From the sequence record MZ443771.1: 64,000 nucleotides of DNA. One strand, given 5' to 3'. Position numbers and translations under genes: made by a program. This document shows, in pieces, positions 50,648-61,027 of the stretch. Under the pieces are notes generated by a model that saw only the letters and a program-made list of their open reading frames with translations, searched no databases and was not told the origin of the DNA. The stretch's first letter is position 1. Each line of letters begins with the position of its first letter.

Positions 50648-51712
50648 TTAGTATACCTCCAGCACGACAGGTTTAAAGGTCACATTGAACGAGCCTACAG
50701 CTTGTTCCTGTCCAGGGTACACAGTTGCGTCATTCAACACAAGGTCAAAGCTAGCAGACTGTTTCAGATCGTCTGTAACTGTCAGGCCGTAGTGCGGGAA
50801 GATGCGGCCGTAAGACTGCGCGACAAGACCTGTAGAGATTGCAGTTGCGTTGTAGCTTGTACCCCACAGCAGAGGGAACATAACTGCATGTTGGATTTTG
50901 CCCAACGTACGCGGTGCAGTACCCGCAGCGTAATCGCCGTAGAAGTGCAGCGCATAAGTACCGATACCCAGAGGGAATGGGTTCGCTACAGCTTTAGACA
51001 CGATACGGAAGCGACGACCCTGAACAGTAGACGGCAATTGATAGAACTTCTCAGTAGCTACTGAGGTTTGGAACAGGTTCGTTTGCAGGTTGGTCACGTC
51101 TACCCACGAGCTACCCTGCTGCACTTGCAGGAAAGGTAAGTTTGCAGCGGTGTTGGCAAACAGGTTGTTCCCAGCAGTTGTGAGAGTGATGCCCGCCAGA
51201 GAGTTAATAACGACTTCCGCACCGAAGTCATACTCAGCCAGAGTCCATGTACCGTCTGCGTTCGCTTGTTTTACCACAGGCACAGATGCGTTCGTTGAAG
51301 GACTAGCGCATGGTTGCAGCGTAGCACTTGAAGTCGAAGCAACACGGTGCATCAGGATAGTAGCGTACAGCATGTCCAGTTGCAGACCGAAGATAGACAG
51401 GTTAGCTGCTACGTCTTGATACACAGTGCTGTAGGAAGCGAACGTCACTTTAGGCAGAACGCGTTTACCACGGAAGCCTTGTGCAGTAGTCCATGCCGGA
51501 GCAGGAGAGACCTGATAGTTAGGTGCTACAGCCGGTTGAATTTGCTGTAGACTTGCACCAAGAGGCTGCTGCGTACACATACGACCCGACACCATGTTGT
51601 TCAGCAGAGTCTGAATGTCGTAGTTAACAGGGTTAGGAAGATTCCCTTCCATAAAGGCACCGTACATAATGACCGGCGTGTTCTGATAGATAGGTAGGAT
51701 TTTCATATACAT
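50648..51712 (-). CDS. paralog-array virion protein, long type with a discoidin-like insert
   Basis: AEYDFGAEV...LQVQQGSSWVDV...GRRFRIV; RTLGKIQH; TVTDDLK. Confidence 0.65.
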   Translation of the reverse strand: MYMKILPIYQNTPVIMYGAFMEGNLPNPVNYDIQTLLNNMVSGRMCTQQPLGASLQQIQPAVAPNYQVSPAPAWTTAQGFRGKRVLPKVTFASYSTVYQDVAANLSIFGLQLDMLYATILMHRVASTSSATLQPCASPSTNASVPVVKQANADGTWTLAEYDFGAEVVINSLAGITLTTAGNNLFANTAANLPFLQVQQGSSWVDVTNLQTNLFQTSVATEKFYQLPSTVQGRRFRIVSKAVANPFPLGIGTYALHFYGDYAAGTAPRTLGKIQHAVMFPLLWGTSYNATAISTGLVAQSYGRIFPHYGLTVTDDLKQSASFDLVLNDATVYPGQEQAVGSFNVTFKPVVLEVY

Positions 51713-51732
51713 GCCCTTGGTTTAAAGACAGT

Positions 51733-51740
51733 TCAAATTA
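51733..51740 (-). promoter_or_regulatory. motif B variant (TAATTTGA)
   Basis: Intergenic, about 20 nt before ATG 51712. Confidence 0.4.
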
Positions 51741-51772
51741 ATGACGTGGCAGCCGAAGCCACCACGTGTGTC

Positions 51773-52297
51773 TTACAGTTGAATGGTAAGATCGAGGAAG
51801 CGGTATGCTTGACCTGTCTTAATCGTACCACCGATGAACTGTAGTTCTGCGTCAGACCCTTGAGCACCGACACTGCCAATCCAGAACGGTCCAGTAAGGC
51901 TTGCGCTGTAGCTGAACCCTGCCCAGTTGTTTGATGCGTTAGCAGGAAGAATACGCGCAACATAGAACGTAGGCGTACCGTCAGCAGCACCAACCAACGT
52001 AGCGGCCTGCCCAGAAAGAGGCAACGTGACTGTACGAGCAGTGACGTTCACTACTGGAGTGATTGCAGCAGACGCCAACACACCAAGGAAGTCTGTAGAC
52101 GTCAGGCCAAGATTAGCTGCCACCGTACTCCATGTAAGCAGACTGTTAACAGCACCTGGAGCCATGAGATCAAGTGCTTTACTGATCTTAGGAGCAGTGC
52201 CTTTGAACAGAGCAATGTGCAACGTGTTAGCAGCCAGAGCAGTTGCAGGGAATGCAGCGTTCATCTGGGCAAGAGAGATACCTTTGTTGCTAATCAT
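51773..52297 (-). CDS. paralog-array virion protein, short type
   Basis: IALFKGTAP...GTPTFY...SVGAQGSDAELQFIGG. Confidence 0.7.
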   Translation of the reverse strand: MISNKGISLAQMNAAFPATALAANTLHIALFKGTAPKISKALDLMAPGAVNSLLTWSTVAANLGLTSTDFLGVLASAAITPVVNVTARTVTLPLSGQAATLVGAADGTPTFYVARILPANASNNWAGFSYSASLTGPFWIGSVGAQGSDAELQFIGGTIKTGQAYRFLDLTIQL

Positions 52298-53370
52298 ACG
52301 CCCCTCCCTACGAGTGCATCTTGCTTAATGCGGAACGTTGGCACAGGCGCTTCACCTAACGCAATGCTGTATGTCGTATCTGGCATCACGATATCGTTGC
52401 TTGCAGCGAGCTTGAGATCGTCAGTGACGGTCAGATGTGTCATACCGAAGTAACGTCCGGCAACCGTTGCTTCTGCGGCAGGCCAGTTGAAGTGCCACTG
52501 GGTGCTGTTAGCATAACTACTGTTTGCCATGAGTGTGAGCAGAGACATGTGCTTGTACTTGCCCAACGTGCGAGGCTTCGTTCCTGTGTAGTTGCCATAG
52601 AACTGCAAGCTAAACGGATAGTGGCCTGTAGTAGACCACGGCCATGCGGTAGTCTTGTTCACCAGACGCCACTTCTGCGCTTTGATAGACACAGGCAGGT
52701 TGTACGCTACTGGTGACCAGTTGGTGGTTGTGCGGACGTTCGTGTAACAGTCAACTGCATCAACCCACTGACCATCAACATAGGCCTGCAGGAAAGTATT
52801 CGCAGTGCCGAGCACCATCAGGCTACTTACCATAGAACCGATAGATACGCCCACCAGCCCTTTGAGTTCCATCTCAGCGCCGAAGTCATATTCAGCAATC
52901 AACCAGTTGCCAGCTTCTGTCAGGTTGTACTGAGGACTCAGGTACAGACTGGTATTGATGGAGAACTGAGTCTGAATAGTCCCCATCTTATGTGCGAGAA
53001 TAGTTGTCGCCACGCTCTCATTGTATTTACCAACAGTCGCAGCGAAACGGTTGTCGAGTGCAGGCAGTCGCACTTTAGGAACGATGCGCGATAGCACATT
53101 GATAGCAGCACCATATCCTAGCGACCCACTGAACTCGACCCACGCAGGATAGAAGTTGGTGCAGAGGAACGTTGACGCTGTTACTGGCTGATACCGCCAG
53201 CTAAACGGTGCAGTAGACATAAATGTTTTCTGAAACAGACGCATAGCGATAGCGTCATTGAACGTGCTATGAATGCCACGCTCGCCATTTGCTGGCACGT
53301 CTGTATCATACAGCAGACCGAGCGCAAACACCGACGCTACGTTTGCGGCTTGATACGGAAAGAGTTCCAT
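52294..53370 (-). CDS. paralog-array virion protein, long type with a discoidin-like insert
   Basis: AEYDFGAEM...LQAYVDGQWVDA...AQKWRLV; RTLGKYKH; TVTDDLK. Confidence 0.65.
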   Translation of the reverse strand: MELFPYQAANVASVFALGLLYDTDVPANGERGIHSTFNDAIAMRLFQKTFMSTAPFSWRYQPVTASTFLCTNFYPAWVEFSGSLGYGAAINVLSRIVPKVRLPALDNRFAATVGKYNESVATTILAHKMGTIQTQFSINTSLYLSPQYNLTEAGNWLIAEYDFGAEMELKGLVGVSIGSMVSSLMVLGTANTFLQAYVDGQWVDAVDCYTNVRTTTNWSPVAYNLPVSIKAQKWRLVNKTTAWPWSTTGHYPFSLQFYGNYTGTKPRTLGKYKHMSLLTLMANSSYANSTQWHFNWPAAEATVAGRYFGMTHLTVTDDLKLAASNDIVMPDTTYSIALGEAPVPTFRIKQDALVGRGV

Positions 53371-53379
53371 AGAGCGTCC

Positions 53380-53961
53380 TTAGCTGAATGAGATGTTGTT
53401 GATGTTGACAGTACCATTCAGGTTGAATGTACCGTCACCGTTGTCAGTCAAAGGTACACCCATGCTGATCAAGTCTTGTGGCGTGAACTCAAACACCGTA
53501 GTTGTAGACACAGTTCCCGCGGCGTATGCAGAAGTGCTGTTACTGACTAACAGGTACATGCGATTGAATGCTTTCGCGTAGCTGAAACGTCCGAGTAGAC
53601 CGTTCAGGTCGAGAGTACGCTTGCCGCCACCAACATTGATAACACGCACAGTACCAGACGAAATGAACGATGCGTCCATGACACAGTTAGGCAAATTCGC
53701 TGCGAGATATGTGCGCAACGAAGTGAGACTGAACAGAGCTTGTGACTGGTTTGTCCAAACGCTGTCTGGAATTGTGTCGCCCGTGGAGAACACGATAGCA
53801 GCAGAAGGTTCAGCCGATATAGGAACGCCACCAGACTGATAGGCACCAGCTTGGTTGTATGCAGTAAACGCACTCGGTACCCAGGGCATATCCACGGTAA
53901 TAGATGCAGTAGAACTAAGCGAGTCACCACGCATGTTGAGCATTGCTTTAGAGATATACAT
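53380..53961 (-). CDS. paralog-array virion protein, divergent short type
   Basis: MYISKAML N-terminus like the other short members; IVFSTGDTIP. Confidence 0.55.
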   Translation of the reverse strand: MYISKAMLNMRGDSLSSTASITVDMPWVPSAFTAYNQAGAYQSGGVPISAEPSAAIVFSTGDTIPDSVWTNQSQALFSLTSLRTYLAANLPNCVMDASFISSGTVRVINVGGGKRTLDLNGLLGRFSYAKAFNRMYLLVSNSTSAYAAGTVSTTTVFEFTPQDLISMGVPLTDNGDGTFNLNGTVNINNISFS

Positions 53962-54863
53962 CAGCTACTCCTTTGCGTGAAGCGAAGTTTAGGGCAGTAC
54001 ATCAGCGTCTTCTGGTTAGGAATAACCTGATCGACTAACTTGAACGGACCCTGATTGCCGACAGCACCAGCAGTGAACATGATCTCGTCACTGTAGTTAA
54101 TGTCGCCATGAGTGAACGTGTTGCAGTGCGCAAGAGCAGCCCACGTAGGTGAAGTAACTGCCGTAGCACTAGGCACATCCACAGAACTAAGCAGCACACG
54201 CATAGCAGACTGCGCGGACGTGCTGGTGGACTTGTAACGGTAGCGCTTAGAAGCACGAGGCGCACTTAGCACTAGGCAGGTTGTGTCGCCTGCAATAGCT
54301 GTAGCACTACCGAGTTGATATTCAGTTAGACCGTCATCAGACAGAGCCACCAGCTGGAACGCATCACCAACTGTATTGTTGAATTTGATATGCGTTACGG
54401 TAACTGCCGTGTCGAACTCGAAGTCTATATCAGTGCCCAGATTACGCGGAGCAGGAACGTAGCCAGTACCTGCACCCATAATCAATGTGATGCTACGATC
54501 AGTAAAACCTGAACGAGTGATACGATGAGGCACAAGTTGAGATACCACAAGAGCAGCAGTGCCAATGGTCCCATAGTACGATACCCCTTTAGGGATGTAC
54601 TGAGATTGAAGGGCAAGTGCAATCACGTTGCCGTTTTCAATTCCAGTAATAGGGTTTCGCACGATACCGATAGACTGATTGTACATATCAGCAAGTGACT
54701 TATTGTTGAAGGCTGCTTCGAAGCCCTCTTTTGAGGTAGGCAGTTTGCCGCTAAACGCAAAAATATTCCACCCAGCACCTACATTGGGATCTTGCAGGAG
54801 AGTGTTATTTGTGTTTGTGCCAACAACTGCCTGAGCCATGTTACGTGTGTTAATGATTTTCAT
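53961..54863 (-). CDS. paralog-array virion protein, long type
   Basis: IFAFSGKLP...DFEFDTAVTVTH...KRYRY...PTWAAL...AVGNQG. Confidence 0.6.
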   Translation of the reverse strand: MKIINTRNMAQAVVGTNTNNTLLQDPNVGAGWNIFAFSGKLPTSKEGFEAAFNNKSLADMYNQSIGIVRNPITGIENGNVIALALQSQYIPKGVSYYGTIGTAALVVSQLVPHRITRSGFTDRSITLIMGAGTGYVPAPRNLGTDIDFEFDTAVTVTHIKFNNTVGDAFQLVALSDDGLTEYQLGSATAIAGDTTCLVLSAPRASKRYRYKSTSTSAQSAMRVLLSSVDVPSATAVTSPTWAALAHCNTFTHGDINYSDEIMFTAGAVGNQGPFKLVDQVIPNQKTLMYCPKLRFTQRSS

Positions 54864-55318
54864 TAGCTCACCACCGGTGCAACAGATTTGTTATTAGCTT
54901 TCGTGTCAGACAGGTCAAGCTGAGGAACAGACACGCGGAACACGATGTTATCGAACAGAGGTTCAATCGTCTGGTCAGTAACGAAAGAACCTGTAGCGAT
55001 AGGAACATCAATACGAGACTTCCCAGGGTTCGACGCAAAGTTGCGTGGTGTGAACTTGGACTGAACCTGATTCACACCTGCGGGAACAAGCACAATGCTG
55101 TCTGAACTGCTCACCTGCTGATTGAGAATCTGCGACCAGCGATACGCCTGAATAGCAAGCGTTACCGTATCTGCGACACGCTCTGCTGGGTGCAGTGCGG
55201 CCTTCTCATTCGTCATAGGCTTTGACGGTTGTGAGTTCGTACTGATCTCAATCTGAGACATAACGAACACGAAGTCAGCAAAGAGATCTGGATCATACGC
55301 AATGACAGGTACAAACAT
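54863..55318 (-). CDS. hypothetical protein within the array
   Basis: Coupled to both neighbours. Confidence 0.6.
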   Translation of the reverse strand: MFVPVIAYDPDLFADFVFVMSQIEISTNSQPSKPMTNEKAALHPAERVADTVTLAIQAYRWSQILNQQVSSSDSIVLVPAGVNQVQSKFTPRNFASNPGKSRIDVPIATGSFVTDQTIEPLFDNIVFRVSVPQLDLSDTKANNKSVAPVVS

Positions 55319-55319
55319 G

Positions 55320-56408
55320 TTATGCTCCTTGTCTCACGCTGTAGCGGTTGATTATTGGCGTGAACGCAGCGTTACCACCTCCGTAGCCACCTTGAACCAT
55401 AACGTTAGTCGCTACAGGCTTCTGCAACGCATACGTGAACTGATCCACCTGAGTACCGTTCAAGAACACAGTGTGCGTGTTGGTAGTTGCGTCATACACA
55501 TATTTGATGTGGACAACACTACCAGACCAGAGCGCAGAGTACGGAGAAATTGAGCGCGTGACTTTAGCAGGCGCGGTTCCACCGTTAACGTTGTTCCAGA
55601 TGAGCAGACCACGTTCGTTAGAACGGTCGAAAGCAATGACCATTCGGTTAGACGCAGCGCCGCCGATATTGAGCAGACACCATTCAGCGTAATCAGAGTT
55701 ACCTGATTGGTGGTAGTCACACTCGATTGTGAATGACTTGCTGCAATCAAAGGCAGTTGGCGTTGAAGTCGTGCAGATACCGTTAGTGCCCAGGTCGATG
55801 CCGCTACCATCAGCAGCAACTTTCAAAGCGCCTGACGTTGTGTATGCGTTGCCAATGTAATCGGTAAACGCGCCAGTGTTGAAGCTACCTGTGTCGAACG
55901 CTATCGTTTCGTTGCCAGCAAGCCATGTCACGCCAGCAGTCTCAGTCCAGAAGCTCGACAGGCTAATGTTGAACGCAAGAATGGTGATTTGCGTCTTATA
56001 GCCGTTCGGGTCATACTTGATATTCAAGTCAGGATAGAGCAGCGTAACGTCAGTGCCTACAGTCAGACACACAGGCAGAATGCCGCCGAGAATCAAATGG
56101 GTTGGCACACCTTCGGCTGTAGCAGTAAGCAGACAGTCAGAGACAGCGATCTTAGTGCGGTCGATTGTGCGCACACAGTTGGTGCCTTTCGCAAGCACGG
56201 TACAAATGCCTGTAGATGCAGCGAGCGCCGCGTCGAATACATAGCCTGCACCTGTCTGCGTCTGATAGTTCAGGCATTTGTTGATATCAGCTTCGGTAAA
56301 ACCGGCATTCAACTTGACCAGATAGCAGGACTTATCGTCTGCTGTAGCCTGAGCGAACAAACGAGTCAACTGAGGTACAACAGAGTTTGCGAATAACTTA
56401 TAGTTCAT
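55320..56408 (-). CDS. array core domain fused to a C-terminal LamG/concanavalin-like domain
   Basis: Core GVPTHLI...TVGTDV; C-terminal FTIECDY...VHIKYVYD...VFLNG. Start reassigned to ATG 56408. Confidence 0.6.
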   Translation of the reverse strand: MNYKLFANSVVPQLTRLFAQATADDKSCYLVKLNAGFTEADINKCLNYQTQTGAGYVFDAALAASTGICTVLAKGTNCVRTIDRTKIAVSDCLLTATAEGVPTHLILGGILPVCLTVGTDVTLLYPDLNIKYDPNGYKTQITILAFNISLSSFWTETAGVTWLAGNETIAFDTGSFNTGAFTDYIGNAYTTSGALKVAADGSGIDLGTNGICTTSTPTAFDCSKSFTIECDYHQSGNSDYAEWCLLNIGGAASNRMVIAFDRSNERGLLIWNNVNGGTAPAKVTRSISPYSALWSGSVVHIKYVYDATTNTHTVFLNGTQVDQFTYALQKPVATNVMVQGGYGGGNAAFTPIINRYSVRQGA

Positions 56409-56409
56409 G

Positions 56410-57366
56410 TCATACCTCGGTAGATAGACGGAGCTGGGCGACAGATGCAAACTCACCAGGACCGAGTGATGTGCTTAACAACTCGATAGGCTTGCCACTA
56501 CCAATCGCACCAACTTCACATGCGAAGTAAGTAGGCACGTAGCTGCCGTTTGCCAGAGCACCATAGTTCGTGTCTTGAATGACAACGATAGCACTCTTAA
56601 TCGACTTGTACGCTGCGGTGCGACCTACATCCGATGCAGTCACAGGCAGAACGCGACGAGTACCTGACGTCTGAATGAAACGATAACGGTTCGACTGAGG
56701 GATAGACGTGGCAATCACGTTACCTTCTTGGTTAGCAGCAATCGACCAAGCGACAGCAGTACCAACTGTACCAGAGCCATCAATAGGAGCAATCGTGCCC
56801 GCCGCGGCGGTTGATATGTCACCCACATCAGACAGCACTGCGTCAATCGTAACAGCGAAGTCATACGTCAGGTCAGTAGTAGACAGATGAATGCCGGGCA
56901 TCAGTGCATCGTGCGGCACACCTGCATAGTCCCACGGTCTGAACCCAGCAGGACCAATTCCCCACAGAGCTTTGTTACCTGCATCGTTGCTGGTGTTGTA
57001 CGCTGTCTGAATCTGAACAGCAGCAACACCGTTATAGCCTACAGGACGCGCTTTCGAAGGATAGTGAATTGTAGCACCGTTCTTGATCTCATACACATGA
57101 CCAGAGCGAGCTTTCCAGCCTTCTTGCTGATCCATCAGAGGCAGCAGACCTTCTGTAGTTGGACGCAGCACAAGGCGCGTAGCAGCAACAGCGTTGTCAT
57201 ACAGGTTACGCATGTCGAGCAGATGCTGGGAGAAGTTACCTTGATCGGCAATTTCCGTATCGAAGAAGAACACGTTAACAGTCTGACCGTTAGCCGCATT
57301 CGATGCCCAGCCAGTGCCTAAGTTAAGCACACTGAAAGGCAGTAGGTTGTGACCTAAGATGCGCAT
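56410..57366 (-). CDS. paralog-array virion protein, long type
   Basis: VFFFDT...LTYDFAVTIDAV...NRYRF...EVGAIGSG. Confidence 0.6.
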   Translation of the reverse strand: MRILGHNLLPFSVLNLGTGWASNAANGQTVNVFFFDTEIADQGNFSQHLLDMRNLYDNAVAATRLVLRPTTEGLLPLMDQQEGWKARSGHVYEIKNGATIHYPSKARPVGYNGVAAVQIQTAYNTSNDAGNKALWGIGPAGFRPWDYAGVPHDALMPGIHLSTTDLTYDFAVTIDAVLSDVGDISTAAAGTIAPIDGSGTVGTAVAWSIAANQEGNVIATSIPQSNRYRFIQTSGTRRVLPVTASDVGRTAAYKSIKSAIVVIQDTNYGALANGSYVPTYFACEVGAIGSGKPIELLSTSLGPGEFASVAQLRLSTEV

Positions 57367-57863
57367 TAGAACTCCTTAGAATCTTTGACGACTGTAGCGA
57401 GGAATTTACCGTTGCGCAGATTCGCTGCGGACAGAATCAAGTCAGCACCAGAGCCAGCAGCACCGATAGTCAGAATCAGGAAGCCGCCGTAAGGTGTGCT
57501 TGCAATGTCCTTGTTAAACACAATAACATTGTATGCTGTCAGCAAGTCAGAGATAGTCCCGGCAAAAGTACCAGACAGAGTTGCGCTCAGTCGGAACTTA
57601 TACTTGTTATCTTGACCGTGAATCCAGCGCACAGGGTTAACAGTAACAGAAGTCAGGTCGAGCACCGCAGTAGCACCGATAGCTGTTTGCACTGTAGTGC
57701 CGTCGGCAACAACAATGTTAGCAGGGTCAGGCACTTTAGCGAGGCAGATAGTCTTCTGCATATTCGAGAGGCCGTACTTCAACGGCGGATCAGAAGCAGG
57801 ACGTTTACCTGCATCGGGGATCGTAATGCCGTTGGCGACCAGAGGGAATGAAACTATTTCCAT
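57366..57863 (-). CDS. paralog-array virion protein, short type
   Basis: C-terminal LTIGAAGSGADLIL. Confidence 0.6.
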   Translation of the reverse strand: MEIVSFPLVANGITIPDAGKRPASDPPLKYGLSNMQKTICLAKVPDPANIVVADGTTVQTAIGATAVLDLTSVTVNPVRWIHGQDNKYKFRLSATLSGTFAGTISDLLTAYNVIVFNKDIASTPYGGFLILTIGAAGSGADLILSAANLRNGKFLATVVKDSKEF

Positions 57864-57879
57864 TTTAGATCTCCAGTTA

Positions 57880-57900
57880 ACTCGCTATAAATTACTGACA
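57880..57900 (-). promoter_or_regulatory. motif B (TGTCAGTAATTTATAGCGAGT)
   Basis: Shares TGTCAGTAATTTA with 31855-31867 and CGAGT with 5336-5340. Confidence 0.6.
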
Positions 57901-57919
57901 ACAAAGGTTCGTGTAGGAC

Positions 57920-58972
57920 TTAACACCTAAAGGAGCGCTCAATCGCCAGCGGTGTGTAGTCTCTCAATGCAGCTACAGGTTTCTCATTTGGCAGAATCGC
58001 TGAGGCTACATCAAAATCAATTCCCGCTTTAGCCACCAGCACATAGACTGGAGCGCCATAAGCAAACGCTATAGGCATTGCTCCCCATGTGATAAAGTAT
58101 GCGGGAGTATCTTCATGAGTACCTTGTCCATAGTACACAAGATTTTCATTCGCAGGGGCTGTCCCATAGGAACCGGGAGAGTATGATGTTGTATACGACC
58201 AACCTCCACCCGAAAAGTACGTCGTACCGTAAACAACAGATCTATACGGCTGAAATAGACGAGGTGCTCGCGCGAAAGAGTATGCACCATGGTTATAAGG
58301 TTGATTGGCTGTTATGCCTGGCAATGACTGAGATGCAGTAACAAGGACTGCTGTATCTGCAACTCTGTCCATTGAGTTCACGCCTATATTTTGCAGATAG
58401 GACGTTGTGTTTCTTGACCAATAACCGATACCGCTGCCACCACCGCCATAGATCGTCCCTGACTCTGAGAGCGTTGTATTTGCGTTGGCCGATGGTGTCG
58501 TATACAAAGACACACTGTAGCTGGTGTTATCAAACGACGGTAGTACCATATCAGAGTAGGCAGGCACTGTAGGATTGCTTGTGCCTAACGTATCAAGCAG
58601 ACTACCAGACCCATTGAGTGCACCGCCACCTGTATCATCTTTTCCTATGGCATAGTATCGACAGAACAGGTTGAACGCAGTTGTGTTGCGACTTTGGTTG
58701 GTCTGATCGAATGTAGACTCCTTTCTCACATTCGGAACATAGTTGTAGAACAACTTATTACCAGACCAACCAGCTCCTCTGACACACAGCATATTCTTAT
58801 CTGCATCAACTGAGGCACAGAAAGAGAGTGACGTGTTTATCTTGTCCCACATGTCAGAGAACGAAGACTTGTCAGTTGGTTTTGGTGTGCTATCAGAAAA
58901 CAGAAACATGCGCTTTCTGGCTATCTCAACTTTCTTCTCCAACAGCTGGGCACCGTTTGAAACAAAAAGCAT
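57920..58972 (-). CDS. divergent array member, putative fibre/receptor-binding protein
   Basis: MLFV...MFLFSDSTPKP N-terminus and ITWGAM...LVAKAGIDF C-terminus. Confidence 0.55.
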   Translation of the reverse strand: MLFVSNGAQLLEKKVEIARKRMFLFSDSTPKPTDKSSFSDMWDKINTSLSFCASVDADKNMLCVRGAGWSGNKLFYNYVPNVRKESTFDQTNQSRNTTAFNLFCRYYAIGKDDTGGGALNGSGSLLDTLGTSNPTVPAYSDMVLPSFDNTSYSVSLYTTPSANANTTLSESGTIYGGGGSGIGYWSRNTTSYLQNIGVNSMDRVADTAVLVTASQSLPGITANQPYNHGAYSFARAPRLFQPYRSVVYGTTYFSGGGWSYTTSYSPGSYGTAPANENLVYYGQGTHEDTPAYFITWGAMPIAFAYGAPVYVLVAKAGIDFDVASAILPNEKPVAALRDYTPLAIERSFRC

Positions 58973-58981
58973 AATGCGTCC

Positions 58982-60019
58982 TTACATCAGATACAGCGTC
59001 TTAGAACCAAATGGCAGTTCAGATTCGATGTTCAGCACAGCAACATCACCAGTGGCCGCGGGTGCGGTCTGTATAATGTCTTGGCCAATCTTGGCACGAA
59101 GCATATATCCTTGTCCGTTACATTTAAACATCATCATGCACGAAGACAAGGTTACGTCAGGTGTGTTTGATTTACCAGTCACAGCAACTCGCATGTTGAA
59201 TGCGGCTGCGGCAGTTCGATCATATCCACCAATACCGTTCGACACTGTAGGAACATCCCACGCAGTGTTTTGGTTGAGGCCGTTAGCGCTATATCGTTTA
59301 CCTACAGGACGCACGAACACAATGTGGTCGGCTGCAACATTCTGTACAGGCATTGATTGCATAGGCGTAGCAGTAGGTGATATGTAGGCGTAAGCGTTCG
59401 TAGTAGTCTCTTGTCGTGTGCTCAGGTTAAGCGCAGCATTCATAAAACCTGCTTCGTAGCCGCTGTACGTTCCCCAGAACGGGTCAGTGCTTATCGAATA
59501 CTGAATACCAGCTTTGGAGCTGTACGTTTCAATAGTAGTAGACTGTCTAATGCCGTTAGGGAAAACGAGCATTGACTGCGAAGGCCAGTAGTAGCCTGTT
59601 TCGCAAGTGTCTCTGCTTGGACCGTTCCAGCCGTTGAACACAGGGTTACCGTTCGACCACTGCTGGGATGTACCTACAGGTGAATCATATACACAGAAGT
59701 AACGCTCGGCCGTAGCTTTTGGCGTCTGCACAGTCGTGTAACTGTTATGCGCAGCATTCACGCCAGAAATCAAGTTAGCACTACGCGCAGGGTAGAAGTA
59801 GTTATCTTTGATGCCACTCATAGGACTGAGCGTGATAGACTGAGCGTTTGTGTCTGAACTGTTTCCCCAAGCCCTTACATTTGGAATCTTAGCAAGGTAG
59901 TGGCTTTCGTCAAGATGCGCGTCGGACAAGTCTGTCTGATCGTCAAAGTACATGGCACGATGCAGTGCCAGCGTAGCGATGTTGTTTGCTTTCTTGTTGT
60001 GGTACGTTGCAAAGAGCAT
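58982..60019 (-). CDS. divergent array member, putative fibre/receptor-binding protein
   Basis: MLFA...AMYFDD; ATG 60019 after ggagg. Confidence 0.55.
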   Translation of the reverse strand: MLFATYHNKKANNIATLALHRAMYFDDQTDLSDAHLDESHYLAKIPNVRAWGNSSDTNAQSITLSPMSGIKDNYFYPARSANLISGVNAAHNSYTTVQTPKATAERYFCVYDSPVGTSQQWSNGNPVFNGWNGPSRDTCETGYYWPSQSMLVFPNGIRQSTTIETYSSKAGIQYSISTDPFWGTYSGYEAGFMNAALNLSTRQETTTNAYAYISPTATPMQSMPVQNVAADHIVFVRPVGKRYSANGLNQNTAWDVPTVSNGIGGYDRTAAAAFNMRVAVTGKSNTPDVTLSSCMMMFKCNGQGYMLRAKIGQDIIQTAPAATGDVAVLNIESELPFGSKTLYLM

Positions 60020-60042
60020 CGTAACCTCCTTATAAATAGGTA

Positions 60043-60972
60043 TCACAGAGCAAACTGGTTACGAGCGTACAGGGAGAACTCTTTCACTGAGGTAACTGTA
60101 GCATTCATACCAGCCAGAGTGTTTCCGTGTGCGAAGTCTCCATCGGCACTAGAAAGAACGACAGCGCGAAGTGTTGGCCCCTCGTCAACTACAAGCAAAC
60201 CCTTAGTCAACTTGATTGCAGACTCAACGCCACCACTGAAAGCGAAATCACTGGACACAGCATTAGCATACGTTGACGTGTCGCTACGCGTTGGCGTCGT
60301 AATTCGGTTCTGACCGCTGATTAGAAACGAGGGTGACCACTTGAACGCAACAGTCGTGCCATTCGTATAGGTAGGTGCGAATATGTTTATACTGTTATTG
60401 TCGTTGTAGGCCCAAGATGCAATAGTGGAAGTGGCCTCCGTTGGACCAGAAGGAGTAAACTCTCGGTGCCAATGCGTCCATGCTGCCGCATACTGGAGAC
60501 TCTGTTTAGAGGCTTGCGAGGTGAGTTTCGGGAATGTCATTGTCGTGTTAGTGAATGCGTAAGCACCAACATAAGCAGGACGTACCCATATAGGACCTTC
60601 ACGTTCACCAGCAGCACCTTGAGGGAATGGTATAGAGTTCTCAAGGAAATCAATCTCCGTGCGAGGATTCAGGCCACGCCCCGGATGCAACATTGTCTGT
60701 ATGAAACGCTTATCCGTAGTGAAGTCTGGGTCTTCGGACAGGAATGATATCCGCGCAAAGTGAACTCGTTGTGTGCCACCAGCAACGCCTGCCACAGCAC
60801 CCATCATGCGGTGAGTAACAAGAGTGCTGCCTGACTGAGACTTCACAGTTGCGCGTGTGCTTCTTATCGTATCTTTGAGCGCTGCCATTGAAGCGAAGTT
60901 CAAAGGTGTGGCATCGTCGTAGAAATAGAGAAGTTTTCTTAGGTCTTGTTGTGCAGGGAATATGTATTGCAC
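60043..60972 (-). CDS. divergent array member
   Basis: LLYFYDDATP N-terminus. Confidence 0.5.
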   Translation of the reverse strand: MQYIFPAQQDLRKLLYFYDDATPLNFASMAALKDTIRSTRATVKSQSGSTLVTHRMMGAVAGVAGGTQRVHFARISFLSEDPDFTTDKRFIQTMLHPGRGLNPRTEIDFLENSIPFPQGAAGEREGPIWVRPAYVGAYAFTNTTMTFPKLTSQASKQSLQYAAAWTHWHREFTPSGPTEATSTIASWAYNDNNSINIFAPTYTNGTTVAFKWSPSFLISGQNRITTPTRSDTSTYANAVSSDFAFSGGVESAIKLTKGLLVVDEGPTLRAVVLSSADGDFAHGNTLAGMNATVTSVKEFSLYARNQFAL

Positions 60973-61027
60973 TATCCATCTCCCAGAAGGTAAAAAGGCC
61001 CGTACCGTTAAGATACAGGCCAGAGGG

